A stretch of 64,000 bases of DNA from the human T2T-CHM13v2.0 reference genome, Homo sapiens: assembly GCF_009914755.1 (NCBI RefSeq), contig NC_060925.1. One strand, 5' to 3'. The notes beneath the pieces are model-generated. The model was not told where the DNA came from and made no database searches. It saw nothing but the letters and a program-made list of their open reading frames with translations. The position numbers and the translations under genes are program-made. Below, piece by piece: positions 13,101 through 23,874 of this stretch. Position 1 is the stretch's first letter. The number at the start of each line of letters is the position of its first letter.

Positions 13101-13208
13101 CTTCTCCAGGCCATCCTCTTTCAGGCTGATGATGTCCAGATCAAAATCCGTCCGCAAGCCACTAGTTTTGTTGAAAACAATTCGTCCAGTTAATCCTTCC
13201 CATTGAGC
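13101..13208 (-). CDS. GRIK3: GluK3 exon 8 (108 bp), absent from the supplied ORF track
   Basis: ctccgcag|GCTCAATGG ... GAGAAG|gtgcgt; translated by hand as [36 protein letters not shown]. Confidence 0.96.
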
Positions 13209-13687
13209 CTGCGGAGGGGAGAGGGCAGAGCGGCAATTCCTCGGGCTTATAAATCATCATTCGGTACAACTGTACAATGCTTCATTTTAATTACTCCTTG
13301 CACTGATACTGTTCCCCCAAGACCATGATTAATTAATAATCACCTCCATCATTGCTCGGGCTGCGGTGTGAGCCAGCGATTTCCATAAATTCTATTATGC
13401 TCTTTAGCCAGCTTTACATTTGCACCTTCTCGTGTACAACATCGATCTTGGATGCGCTCAAATGAGCCCCCGCCCTGAAGTCATGGGAAGGGGGAGCCCA
13501 TGTCAGATCCTGGGAGATGGGTAGGGAGGCAGGCGGGCAGAGTAGGGCAGGTGAGGCCTGCCAAGAAGCAGAAAAGCCAAAGGGCCAAGCTGGCCTTGGC
13601 TGTAGAACCAGACGCTTGGCATAGCCCCCCGAAAGGCAGGGGAGACCGAAATCACCCCCCAACCTCCCAGCTCCAGCCCCATGTGTG

Positions 13688-13910
13688 CTGTGGTTAAGAA
13701 CTCTGGCGTCTGAATGCTGGGTCCAACCACAATTAGCCGTGCGACCTTGGGTATTTCATTTTACCCGTCTGCCCCAGTTTCCTCATCTGTGCAATGGAAC
13801 TAATCATTGTGTCCATCTTACCAAATGCTATAAGGGTGAAATGAGATAAGTCATATAAAATACTGAGAACGGTCCCGGCACAAGATGAACACTGGATAAA
13901 TGGTAGCTTT
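13688..13910 (+). mobile_element. MIR, near full length
   Basis: gtggttaagaactctgg...gaccttggg...cagtttcctcatctgtgcaatgg...ataaatggtagct. Confidence 0.8.
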
Positions 13911-14010
13911 TTTGTCATTTTTGTATCGTCATTAGCGTCATTAATAACACAGAGAGAGGAAGGCAGAGGTTGGGGCAGACCTAAAGTGGGAAAAGCTCCA
14001 TCTTCTACAT

Positions 14011-14219
14011 CAGGGGTTGGCGTCCTATGGCTAGCGGGTCAACCTGGCCCCTGGCTGCTTCTGTAAATGGTTTATTAGCTCACAGCCATGCCCCCCGTGT
14101 TTATATATTACTTGTGTGCTGCAACTATGGAGTTGACTAGTTGCAGCAGAGACTGTGTGGCCTGTAAAATCTAAACTATTTTCTATGAGCCCCTTTACAG
14201 AGAAAGCTTGCTAACTTGA
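14011..14219 (+). mobile_element. MER58A (hAT-Charlie MITE) with 8-bp target-site duplication
   Basis: caggggttgg...cacagccatg...agttgactagttgcagcagagac...ccctttacagagaaag; TSD ttctacat (14003-14010) / ttctagat (14220-14227). Confidence 0.82.
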
Positions 14220-16449
14220 TTCTAGATAACATCTTTCCTGCGGGCTGAGAGCACTGAGTCTACGTGGTCCTTTCACACTGTTCATGCCGTGCAACCTCCA
14301 CAGCAGCCATGGGAGGTGGCCACGCAAGGATCATGGTTCCCACTTTACAGACGAGGAAGCAGACCTCAAGGGGGCCATGGGTCGCCCAAGCTCACAGAGT
14401 GAACAAGAGGCAGAGCCAAACTAGAACCCGTGATCCCAGGACCCCTCGGTCTGGACCTGTTTCCCTCCTCCAGGAACTTAGGACGGCAGCTGGTGCACAG
14501 TTAAATACCCGAGCTTTCTGTGTCAGGGGCAAGAACAAGGCCCACACATCCTGGAGTCCTTGGGAACAAATGTGCACTTGGGAGCAAGAGGAGGGGAGAA
14601 AATCTGGGAGCTCACACAGCCAGATTGGGCCAGAGAGAGGGTAGGGGAGGGAGGGTATCCGGAGAAGAGGCACGGGGCAATGGAAGGTCTGAGTAGTGGG
14701 AGCCTGGCTCCCAGTCCTTGCTTTGCCGCATTGGGTTCCTAACCACTCCGAGCCATGCTCCCTTGCAGATTCTGAATCGGGCTCCACAGCCTCTCCCTGC
14801 GGAATGCCCCCAGCACCCATGCATACACTCACAGTTCAACCCACAAGGTCAGGGGTCCACAGTTCCCTGGAGTTTCATTGACAAATCCCAAATGAAAACC
14901 CTTAGACATCTCCAAGCACATGGGCAGCTCCAAGGTACTTTTACAGGTAAATGGGTAGTTGGGTAAATGTGCATATGCAAACTCAGGCAGTGGGGCTGTG
15001 CTTTGGAGGAGAGGGAGGCTATAAAACCAAAGTGGTTAGAAAGTGGGCTCTGCACAAACAAAGCAACCACTCTGAGCTTCAGGAAGAGAGAAATTACCTA
15101 CTTCACAGGTATAAAAAGGCATATAGAGCGCTGAGCACAGTGCCTGCATACACAATCACAAGGATGTGACAGAGGTTATTATTTCTCCTTCGTGGCTTCC
15201 ATCTGTGCAGCTCCCTTAGATTAGGGCTGGCCCTTGGCTGGGAAGGGAGGACCAGTCACTTGGGCCCTGGCCCAAGGCTCCAGTAGAAAGCTGGTCACAG
15301 AGGGCTATTATCCTTCCCCACATGAGCGCATTCAGTCCTCACTGTGACCCTGCCAGGTGGGCATCAGCATTGCCCCCATTTTGCAGATGTGGACACTGAG
15401 GCTCAAAGAGGGACTGAATGATGCAGGTCTCAAGTATTGGGTGGGACAAGACAGATTCGTTGCAGTAGCAGTGCTGAAAGTCCTGGGGTCGAGGCACCTA
15501 AGGTGGAGTCGGGGAAGCTTACATGGTGCCTAGGGAGCTGGGGACCGAGGGGTCGGGAACAGAGATTAAAAGATGCATCAGAGAAGGTAAAAGCCACTGT
15601 TTATGACTTCACAGGGAAACTCAGCTTCCCTCAGGCTGGCTCCCCAGTCCCTCCGCCTTCTCTCCTCTGTTGGCCTCACGCCTTCAGGCTATCTCTTGGC
15701 CCCCAGGGGAAATCACAGCAGGTGCCTTCAAACCTGCACTGTGAGGGAAGCCTTCCTGCCTGTCAGCTACAGAGGTATAAAATGCCAGCAGGTGCACGGC
15801 CTGTCTGTGGGCGGGTGGACAGGGCAGGCCAGGGAGTGCAGGCAGCTCCTCCCAGTGACATTTCCTGCGCTGCCCGCCCCCTCTAGCCACCGCTCAGGAC
15901 TTGCTAAATGAAAGATGCTTCACACGCTCTGAACTCCGGCCTGGTATTTTCCAGCTCCTCTCGGAAATGCCAAGTCTTTAAAATGATTTACTGTCATGCA
16001 ATCAGATGGGGAGACGGGCAAGTTGGAAATGGTCTGACGGAGGACTGTGCTGGGGTCGGGCAGGCATCTGAGGTTCGGTTGTGGCCAGCTGTGGGACCAC
16101 AGGTACCACGGGGCTATTCTGGGCCTTAGCCATGTCCATGGATGTAAAATGGAGATAGGATAAATGTTTCTGAAAGGGTTCTGTGAGGGAGTGTGAGCAG
16201 TGAGGGTCACTCGTTGGGCCTGGGAAGGAGAATGGAGCTCCTCTTTCTATGGTGGGCAGTGGTGAATCTGCTCCCCTCAGGGACTCACGGCTGAGCCTCA
16301 AAATTTCCAAGGGTTGAGGGGCAAAGTGTAAACAGGGTGGGTGTCCCTGAAACAATGTGGCCTGGAGACCTGGTAGTGGAACCCCATTAGCAAACAGGAA
16401 GGCACAGTGATAACAGTAGCGATAGTGGAAGTAACAGTGATGGCAGCCA

Positions 16450-16640
16450 ACCTGTTCAGCACCTGCTACGAGCCAGGCGTTGTCCCTAGTGCGACACACG
16501 TGCCAAAACTCACCAATCCTCAGAACAACCTGATGATAAGGTGCTATTTTTATCTCCACTGGACAGAGGAGGACACTGAGGCACAGAAAGCTTCAGTAGC
16601 TTGTCCAAGGTTATCCAGTTAAAAAGTGGTGAAGCTTCCA
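16450..16640 (-). mobile_element. MIR fragment (similar fragments near 7120-7270, 14290-14440, 15320-15420, 17010-17150, 18160-18520)
   Basis: acagaggaggacactgaggcacagaaag...ttgtccaaggt core. Confidence 0.7.
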
Positions 16641-18593
16641 AGTCACTTTTGTCTGGCTCCTAAGGCTCCCAAATTTCCCGATTGAGCCAGAGGAGCAATA
16701 GGATCGAGGTGTGGCCTGGGACACCGACACCCTCACAGTGGCCTCACACAGTGGCTGCTCAGCTGGAGGCCTGCTGAGGAAGGGGGTACAGGGGGCCAGA
16801 AGTCAGGTCTCAGAGTTCCCTGAGAGCAAGCGGATGATTGCCCAGCCAGGGCCCTGCTCAGGGCATTGGACAGTGGGATGTCCTGTGCAGTTTTGAGGGA
16901 TGGGAAGCTGGATGAGAAGGGATCATCAGGCCCTCCTATGCCAAAACATCTGGGACTGGAGTCCCTTCTAGGGGTGAAGGAACTACAAGGGACTCCAGTC
17001 AGGCACTGAATTCATCCCTCACAATAACTGTGAGGTGGAGTTTGCCGGGTGTGGAAACTGACTCAGAGATGTCCCATAACGTGTCTGAAGCCACACAGCT
17101 GGGAAGAGGTAGAGACGCGATCCAAAGGCACATGTGTGGTGCCCTAAAGCCTGTATCTTATCCACATTTATTGTTCTACTGTGTGAGAGGAGCTGTACTT
17201 GGCCTCATCTGGAAGCAGCGATGGTGAACTTGGGACCTCAGGGGAAGCTGCCCTCCCTCAACCCCCATCCAAGGTGGGGAGTTTCTCTGCTGTTTGCTCT
17301 CGTAGAGCTGCCTTTATTTACATATGGGATTCTCTCCTTTAGTGCTGTGACCTGATGCCTCCCTCTCTAGGATCTGCATGTGCACAGGCGAGTCTGTTTT
17401 AGCTCTGTTGGGCCCCCAGGGCATAGCTAGGAGCCTGGAACCCAGCTGCCAGTCACAAAGTGGGATTGAATAAATGAGTGTGCTCCTAAGAAGGCAGCTG
17501 GCTTCATTTCCGGCCCGCTGTGATTGTTACAGAGAGCTCATTTGTCCTTTCTATCCCGAGTCCTTCTAGAGGGCTTCCCCCACTGCCCTTGGTGTTGCCT
17601 TGGACATGGTCACTCCCTCTGGCCCAGGATGACTCTGCCTAGATCTCATACTCCCCAATTTTCTTTGTCTATCATCTGCTGGGATTTGACTCTGGCCAGG
17701 TCCTGGGTTAGGTGCTTTGCACATAGTTTTTCACTGTCTTCCCAACACCGCCTTCAGGCAGGCACTCACTATATCATACTGAAGATCAAAGAGTTAATCA
17801 GCTCACCCAAAGTCACATAGCTAGTTGTAACAGAGCCAGGATGCAAGTTCAGGCCTTAATTTTCCCCATCCATAAAATGGGGACAATAAGCCCTGCCATC
17901 CAAAGCTTACAAGGACAGTGGCAGATGGAGAAGCCTTTGAAATAAAAGTAGGCACTGTGTGTTCCATGGTCTAGGCAGCAGGACAGTTTCCATATTCTCT
18001 GGTTTCTCTAGAATCAGCTCCATTGATGGGGTTTTCCACAGGAGAGCTGGTACCAGGAGAGGTGGGTCCCAGTGGGGGTGCTGGCTGGGAAGTTGGTCAG
18101 TGGGCCCATGATGTGAAGATGAGTTTGTGGGGCTGATTATTATGTATTGACCCTCCTCCTGCACTAAGCACTTTCCACGCAATGTCTAACTTCATCTCAC
18201 ATGCCCACGAGGTAGGTTATGCTTCATATACCCATTTCACAGATGAGGTGACTGAGGCTCAGCAAGGCTCTCCAGCTCGCCCAAGGTCATACAGCGAGGA
18301 AGCAAACACCCTCATCTGTTGTACTTTCAAGCCCACGCTGCATCTTGCTGGCAATGCTGACCAGCTGCTGAGCACTTACCACATGCCCAAGATGTATGCC
18401 CCTCAATCATGCCATAAGTTTGGTCCTATGGAGCCCATTTTCACACGGGAAACTGAGGCTCGGAGACATGAGGCAACTTGCCTGAGGTCACATGGATGAG
18501 AATCAATCCTTCCTGACTCCCAGACCACTCTGCTGCTCTACAGGGCCCACAGTCCCGGGGAGACAACCCTGGTGGGGGCTGTGGGGCACTCAC

Positions 18594-18737
18594 CTCCTTG
18601 ATGAAGTTCATGAAGCGGCCGCCAAAGCGCCAGGCCTTGTGCCGATGGCACTGCAGGGAGTTCACGGTCATCTGTGGTGCCCGCTGGTAGCACACGGACA
18701 CGATATGGACGGCGTCGTACAGTAAGGCTGCATCAGT
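18594..18737 (-). CDS. GRIK3: GluK3 exon 7 (144 bp)
   Basis: cctgcag|ACTGATGCA ... AAGGAG|gtgagt; encodes [48 protein letters not shown]. Confidence 0.97.
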
Positions 18738-19329
18738 CTGCAGGGAAGGGCCTGCCTGAGAGCGGCTCCCAAGGCCCTCCAGTCCTCAGCCCACCCTGCC
18801 CTGTCCCCCTTCTCCTCCCCTGCCACAGGTACATGATGTCCTGGTGAGCGAACAGGCCCAGAGGCCCTGGAGGTGACTCTGTCTACGCCTCTGAGGAGTG
18901 GCCAGGCTTGGCTGACTCTGCTGCTCTACAAACATCCTGAGCACCCCCCTCTGCAGCTTAGACCTTCTCCTGCCCACCCACCCCACCCCTGCTACCTAGG
19001 CCCTGACCACACCTTCTTCTTTCTGCCTTCTCGGCCTTCACACCTGTGTGTCACAGCCTGAGTTCCTCTGTGACCTGCATCTCTGGGCCTTATTCCTGTT
19101 CTTTGTGACCTTTTGCTTACATGTCTGGATCCCCATCAGATGGGTCCCTTGGGGAGGGACTGTCTGTTTCACGTTTGTGTCCCCAATCCCTAGCCTGGGG
19201 TCTGGCTGACACATGGAAGGTCTCAAGAAGAGAAGTGGTGGAGGGAAGAAAGAAACAAGAGGAAGGAGAGAAGAAAAGAAGGGAGGCAGGTGGGAAGCCC
19301 CTGGAATTCACCTCACCCAGCCGCCTTAC

Positions 19330-19503
19330 CATCATCACTCCATCCAGCAGGCCAGACTCGGCCCGGGGAGCTGCCTGCAGCCGCTCCATGGACCACTTCT
19401 CCACAATGGCCGAGACGTGTGGGTTGTCCACATTGAGAATCCGGAATCCTGTCAGGTTCACGCCTGAGTAGCGGTAGGGCTCCAGGTCTAAAGCGTAGAG
19501 ATC
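19330..19503 (-). CDS. GRIK3: GluK3 exon 6 (174 bp); codon 310 = GCC (Ala)
   Basis: tatccag|GATCTCTAC ... ATGATG|gtaagg; encodes [58 protein letters not shown]. Confidence 0.97.
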
Positions 19504-21469
19504 CTGGATAGAGAGAGGTCTGTGTAAACCAAGGCATGCTCACTGCTGAGAACTCCAGCCCCGCCTCCTACCCACTCCCTAATCAGGGCCGCCCCAGGGC
19601 CTGAGGTTGCAGCTCCCTGCAAAGCCCTGCAGAGGGGGTGCGGGATATCGGGGTAGTCACAGGAGCACCCATAGGACCACTGCACCTGGAGTCTGACTCA
19701 GAACTTGGGCAACTGATCCTCCATGCTAACCAGGGGATCTCAGCCTGTTTCTTCATCCACAAATGGGGTTCAATCCCCTTTCTAGGACCCAGTGAAATAG
19801 TTCACATAAAATACCCAGCCTCACATGCAGAGGAAGCTTAATGAGGCTGCTTCCTTTCAAAAGGGGAGACCTACTAGTTCTGGGCATCTTGTTACACAGA
19901 GGGAGGCTGAAGGGAGCATTTTATCCCCTAGAAGAGGATATTTAAAAATAGTCTTTTCTGCCTAGGATTCAAAAAGTATGGCCCTCTTCTCTCCCCCTTT
20001 TCCCCCGATCCCAGCCAGGACCTCCTCATCCCTTGCCTCCTAGGAGCAGCTGAGCAGCGGTCAGCCTGTCTGTCGTGGGCCAGGCAGGTCCTGCCAAGGG
20101 TCCAGGAGAACAGGGTCTCAACGCAGGTGAGGCTGGCTGTAGCCCCGCCCTGCAGCTCTGGGTCTGGGGGCAGGGTGGGCTGGTGAAGGAAGGAGGCAGA
20201 GAGGGGAAGCAGGTGGAGGGAGAAGCCAGGTGTCCCTAAGCTAGGAGAGATGGCGGCAGAGGACGTGGCAGGTGGGAGTGAGGAACAAAGCTGAGCTCTG
20301 TCCTGTTGAAAACCACGCAAACCTGGAAATCAGGCAGAAGGGTAGCGGTGCGTTTTTCCAACATGACAATGAAACATAGTTTACCAGGCCCTCCAGTATT
20401 ACTTCATTCTTCTGGAGAATGCACCTGGGTTTGACTTCATTGTCAGCTACTTGTTAAAAGCTCAGACTCTGGGTTAATTTGCAGAATTTTGTCAAATAGA
20501 GGAGATACTCCCCAAGGTTGTGGTTTTATTGCCTTACAGGACATTAATCCATTTTCTATCCAACCTAGAAGTCTTAGTCTATGCTCCCCGCAACCCTACC
20601 TGAAATACCTATAAATACCCAATTCCTCAAATGCTCCTTGAGTCAGCTTTTCCATCCTACTGGTTCCCTCGTTAGTGAGTTGAATCCATCTCTGACGCAT
20701 GTTCCTTCTATATTTGCATAAGACTCATGGTTTTGATTTTTTGAAATATATACTTGCACAGTCTAGATTGGCCCTATCCCACTAGTGGGGAAACTGAGTC
20801 TTGAGGTCACTATCTGAGCTCCTCCTCGTCTACTGTCTATACTCTCCCACACTCTCCCCTCACTAAGCTGCCCTCCTTCTGGCCCCCAGCCTGTCTTCTC
20901 CCCTGGGCCCCCCACTTAGTCACTCCATCTGGTGCTGGGAAGGAGAGGCTGGGGACACACTTGGGGTGTGCTTGACTCTCTGTGACTGCCACCGTCATGG
21001 GGAACATCCAGCCCCATCACAGCCGCAGCTTTAGTGAAATCAACAATGACTCATGGAAGGATGATGAGTGATAAAGCCTAGAGACCTTTCATGCTGGACT
21101 GGCTTCCTCCGGTCTCTGAGATGTCTCTAATGGGCACTAAACTTATCCTGTTCCTCCTGCATCCCCAAAGTGGCCTCCTTCTGGAATGCACTGTGTTGGT
21201 TTCCTCTTCAATGATTTGGGGAGTAGGGAAGGGGTTTGGAGCAGACTTGAGCCCAGGCAAGAAAGTCTGGTCCCAAGCTTGCCCAAATAAATATGGCCTT
21301 GATTCCAGGTCAGGATCTGGGATGGGGAAGGGGCTGGGTGACAGAGGAGGGAGGGGCTTCAGCAGATGCGGGCTTCCCTCTGAGATGGCCAGAGGGTGTC
21401 TCTGTGGCCCCAGTGTCAGTAGGGAGTGGGGGGTGGCAGTGCTCAGCCCTGCACAAGGACTCCATGGCT

Positions 21470-21615
21470 TCATCTTCACAGCCCCCTGTGAAGTAGGCAT
21501 TGAATAGCACTCTATTCTATTTTTATAGATGAGAAAAGAGAGTTGGAGAGGTGAGGTGACTTACCTAAGGTCACATAGCTCATACAAGTCAAAGTTGAAT
21601 TTGTACCCAGGTCTA
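21470..21615 (-). mobile_element. MIR fragment
   Basis: ttttatagatgag...gagaggtgaggtgacttacctaaggtcacatagct. Confidence 0.78.
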
Positions 21616-21618
21616 TTT

Positions 21619-21842
21619 CAATGGTGTGCTGCCACTGGCTCACACTGGCCAGTGGGAGCTGAATGTTAGCATTTCTTCCCAACTCTGCCTTCAGTGACAT
21701 TACATGGCTAGCTTGGTATTGGCCATGGTAGGAGTATTTGTACCATGGACATTTGCAGGCATTACAAATCAGGATTTCTGTGTTTTGTCTTTTTTCTCCC
21801 TTTCAGAGAGCTGGTTGTTAAACATTGACTGATGCATCGTTG
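21619..21842 (+). mobile_element. MER63-family hAT-Blackjack MITE
   Basis: caatggtgtgct...ggccatggtaggagtatttgtaccatgg...tacaaatcagg...gagagctggttgttaaacatt. Confidence 0.72.
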
Positions 21843-22814
21843 ATTGTCTTACTCCAAACCCTCTATGTTCTATGTCCTCGGTGGGTGTCCAGGACAAGAC
21901 ATGCATCAGAGCTGTCTTTGGGGATTTTATTTTTCTAGAATATGAACCACACCTAGATAACGCTGATGCATAGTCTGTGGTGGAGCCTGGAGTCTGTGTT
22001 TTGAGAAGCCACTAAGCGATTACTTGTGACTGAGAAACACACACAGATGGGTCTGGGTTTAGATCAGGATGCCTCTCGAATCAGAGAAGGGCAGCAAAGA
22101 GGGGAGAGAATAAATATCCCAGAAGAAGTCTCCCTCCCTCAGCTCCTCCAGGGCGGCTCCCTGAGGTGGCCAGACATGGGCCAGACCACCTGGGCTCGAG
22201 TTTCACCCTCTCTCCTCATCTCAGTTGCCTCATCTGCAAAATGGGGTTGAAAGTGCCACCTACCATATAGAGTTGTCAAGGAAAATAAGTGAGTTTGTAG
22301 ATGCCCTTAGAACATGTCTGGGACATATCAAACATCATGTATGTGTTTGACACATGTTTATGTTCTGCCTCGTCTGGCAGGAGGTTGTGACAGCTACTGG
22401 GTACATACAGCCCCCAGGGCAGACATAGGTTGGTGTCTTCCTACCTTACTCGTCTTGGCAATATCAGAACAAGCAAAGTCAGCTCACATTTACTGAGCAC
22501 CTACAAATCTCAGAATGGCAGGCATTGTTCAAAGTACCTTACTTGTATTAACTCATTGATTCACATGGGCACACGACTAGGATGGTGTTATTATCACCCC
22601 ATTTTAGAGGAAAGAACTGAACCACACAGATATTAGGCCTTTTGCTCAAGGTTCTGTAACTGGGGAGTGACAGAGTCAACACCAGGCTACCCAGCTCCAG
22701 AGCCCTCCCTCTTCCTTATGATGACGCATCTCCTCCTACCGAGAGGCTCTACCTGCCCAGCCCCCAACTCATGCCCACTGCCAGGGCAGTCACCCTCTGG
22801 GCAGGGACTAGAGG

Positions 22815-23300
22815 GATCTTTCTAAGGTATAAATCCAAGCCTGTCATTTCCACACTTCAAATACTTCCATGACTCCTTGTAGTCTTTTCAGAATATGGTA
22901 CAAATTCCTTAGTACAGTTTTCCAAAGCTCTCCACCCCTCCAGGCTCACTTTCCTTCCTACCCTCTCAATTTTTTTGTCCCAGGATGCAAGTTCAGGCCT
23001 TAATTTTCCCAGTCTCGCTGGCCCCTGTACCCTTTGTCCTGCTTCTCGTCCCTCTGTTCAGCACCTTTGTATGCCTTCTATTTCCAGGCAAGAATGCTTG
23101 TCTTCTTGACCTCTCTTGGGTGAGCTATTCTCCAAGAATCAGCTCAAGTATCACCTCTTCCAGGAAGCCCCTCCTGATTGCTCCTGTACACATGCACAAC
23201 AGAGTGCGTCAGACGCGATTCTGCTCTTATCCTGAGACTTCTGGGCTTTCATGCCACTGGTAACAACTGCTTGTGTCTGGGTCTGTCTCCCCTATGAGCT
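22815..23300 (+). mobile_element. L2 fragment
   Basis: agggatctttctaagg...cagctcaagtatcacctcttccaggaagcccctcctga...gtctgtctccc. Confidence 0.65.
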
Positions 23301-23459
23301 ATGGGCTGAATATTCCTGTTACCCAAAGTGGAAAGAAGGGTCAGCCAGCTGAGTGGCTCCTGGGGCACTTAAGCATCACTGAGAAGAGCCTGGAATGTAG
23401 CGACAAGTGTTTCACATCCTCCTCTCAGGGGCAGCTTCAAGGAAGGGCAGATGAAAATA

Positions 23460-23517
23460 CTAGGTTAGTGCAAAAGTCATTGTGGTTTTTGTTATTATTT
23501 TAATGGCACCAACCCAA
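23460..23517 (+). mobile_element. MADE1 Mariner MITE with an internal deletion and TA target duplication
   Basis: TA[ctaggttagtgcaaaagtcattgtggtttttg...taatggcaccaacccaa]TA; the empty site is visible in the duplicate copy at about 24588. Confidence 0.85.
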
Positions 23518-23860
23518 TACCCTCCCCATGATATAAGTGTTATTGCCGGGAAGTGGCATTAGTTGTCATTGTTTATCTATTAACTTATTATAATAGTTCT
23601 TTTTTCACCTCTAGGCTTTTATCTACATGTGACATGTAGCAGGGGCTCAGCTGGGGCTAATTAACTCAGGGTTATCTACAGACTGGAAGTTTAGGAGAGG
23701 GTTGGTAAACTGCCTGGGGTGGAGGATGAGATCTTCCCCAAACTGCCTTTCAACCAGGAGGGTCTGGGGAGCTGGAAGGATTTCGTTTTGGACAGTGGTG
23801 TTATGCAAGTTTGGGGCCAGGGCTGACCTGCTGCGACCATGGAAGAGAAGCTGAGCTCTG

Positions 23861-23874
23861 CCTACAGGGGGCGC
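23861..23874 (+). promoter_or_regulatory. Candidate CTCF motif
   Basis: CCTACAGGGGGCGC versus core CCASYAGRKGGCRS, 2 mismatches; motif match only. Confidence 0.35.
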
